Shown here: piece after piece, positions 62,377-64,000 of the stretch
Layout of the letters: each line of letters starts with the position of its first letter
Numbering within the stretch: the first letter of the stretch is position 1
Assembly: GCF_035084215.1 (NCBI RefSeq)
Contig: NC_090325.1
Location: 96,906,001 to 96,970,000, forward strand
Length of the DNA: 64,000 bases
Source: Heptranchias perlo
Lineage: Eukaryota
Direction of reading: 5' to 3'
Program-made: the position numbers and the translations under genes
The notes under the pieces: model-generated
Database searches by the model: none
What the model saw: the letters and a program-made list of their open reading frames with translations, nothing else
What the model was told of the DNA's origin: nothing

Positions 62377-63229
62377 CTATGTAAGAACGGCAATAATGAT
62401 GCAGGCTATACCAGTCATGCCACTGCTCTGCTGCATTTTTATTGGTATTAGTAAATCAAATGAAAAGGTTACAAATTATTCACTTTGTTCACTCCCAGAC
62501 AAACCTTTTCACAGCACGATGTGCAATAAAAAAACTATAAATAGAATAAGATGACTCTTGCATGAGAACTTCTAATGTTATACCCATCCCAGCTGATAAA
62601 TATGACAAACTAAATTATATGATCTATTTATGAATGCAGAACATTAATAATCTCAAAAACATTGATAATTAAAGGGTGCAACAAATTATAATTCAATTTA
62701 CCATTATAATCACCTACAGCTGTAGGTGACTACAAATTAGCTGCTCAATTAACTTTAGAAATACTTGCATTCTGTCACATGATCATTTTTGAAATCCTTC
62801 AACATAATCTGACAACAAAAATAGTCATTCTTAAGGTTTTATGATTGATTACTAAATATCAGCAGAAAGAATACCAAAGTTGATATCGTAGTGGGAAAAT
62901 GGCAAAGGAGATTAAGGGAATGGCTAACAATAGCACTAATAAAGAGTCTTGAATATATGCAACATCGTCCAGAGTAGGTAATACCGCTTTACTTCATGAA
63001 TGAGGACTGAATAAATCCTGAACGCTATGTGAACACTTATTTAAATCATATACAAATAAAAATGGAGACAACAGAACTAACAAGTAATCGCATAATGGAC
63101 TGATAGTTTTATATTGAAATAATATCTTCACTCATTGAAAACATCTTTTCTGGAAATAGCTGTTGTAAGTGCAATGTGCAGATGTAGCAATTGCATTTTC
63201 TACTCTTCTATTGAAAATATTATTGCCCT

Positions 63230-63535
63230 TGCACTTATATTGGGTTCATTGTTCAACATGATTAAACATTGGCAAAAGAACCAGAGGTGACATGAGGACA
63301 TTTATTTTTATGCAACGAGTTATGATCTGGAATGCACTGCCTGAAAGGTTGGTGGAAGCAGATTCAATAGCAACTTTCAAAAGGGTATTAGATAGATACT
63401 TGAAGGGGAAAAGTTTGCATGGCTGTGGGGAAAGAGCAGGGATGTAGGACTAATTGGCTAGATCTTCCAAAGAGCAGGTACAGGCATGATGGGCCAAATG
63501 ACCTCCTTCTGTGCTGTATCGTTCTATGATTATGC
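63230..63535 (+). mobile_element. CR1 3' fragment
   Basis: FFMQRV.IWNALPERLVEADSIATFKRVLDRYL plus a 3'UTR ending ttctatgatt. Confidence 0.85.
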
Positions 63536-64000
63536 ACAGTTCAATATGAATTCCATTCTTCATGCTAAAAAGGGTAGTTTTGCATTGTATAATCTCAATA
63601 CAGATGCAATGTTTTACTTTCACAGCTATCCCATCATGCTTTGCTAAAACCACAATCATCAAGATGTTGCACATTCATTATAAATGAATAGTGACCTAGA
63701 AATTTGATCACGCTGGCCTGTTTTACAGCCTAAGGATCCAATATGGCGGGTGGTGTGCGCACGCTGCCTGCCATATTGGATCGGAATCCACCGTAGGCTT
63801 CCGGGGTGCTCACCAGAAGTATTTAAAATGCCCATTATAATATTTAAATGAGGGGCCGACACTTGTTGTAGTAGTCTTTTGTGAAATTGGACTTGTCCCA
63901 GCACCTGACTCGCCCCTTGAGAAACTCACCCAGTATATCATGGTGCCAACAGGCAGCAAAGACTCTGCAGCAATGCTATTTAAAGGGCTCATCAACTACA

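Overview
Repeat-dense eukaryotic genomic DNA, most likely from a cartilaginous fish (shark). This is inferred from the repeat mix: CR1 and L2 LINEs, a DeuSINE/SacSINE1-like SINE, Penelope-like repeats and many PIF/Harbinger elements. The window appears to span the 3' ends of two convergent protein-coding genes that I cannot name. One is a + strand gene with exons at 783-877, 1122/1158-1240, 12904-12929 and 13123-stop 13153. The other is a - strand terminal exon at 62149-62376. Between and inside them lie layers of nested transposons, including two decayed two-gene Harbinger elements (spliced Myb/SANT gene plus opposite-strand DDE transposase), further Harbinger remnants and MITEs. Almost all ORFs in the track are TE fragments. 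I find no solid evidence of a wholly new biological system. The best leads are a ~153-bp near-perfect Penelope-derived palindrome with hammerhead-like cores, two locally templated rearrangements in LINE copies, a CpG-rich 17-bp minisatellite born inside a MITE, a stop-codon NAGNAG acceptor on a 26-nt microexon, and an orphan CpG-rich exon-like segment. TE boundaries are read by eye and are approximate unless a junction is quoted.
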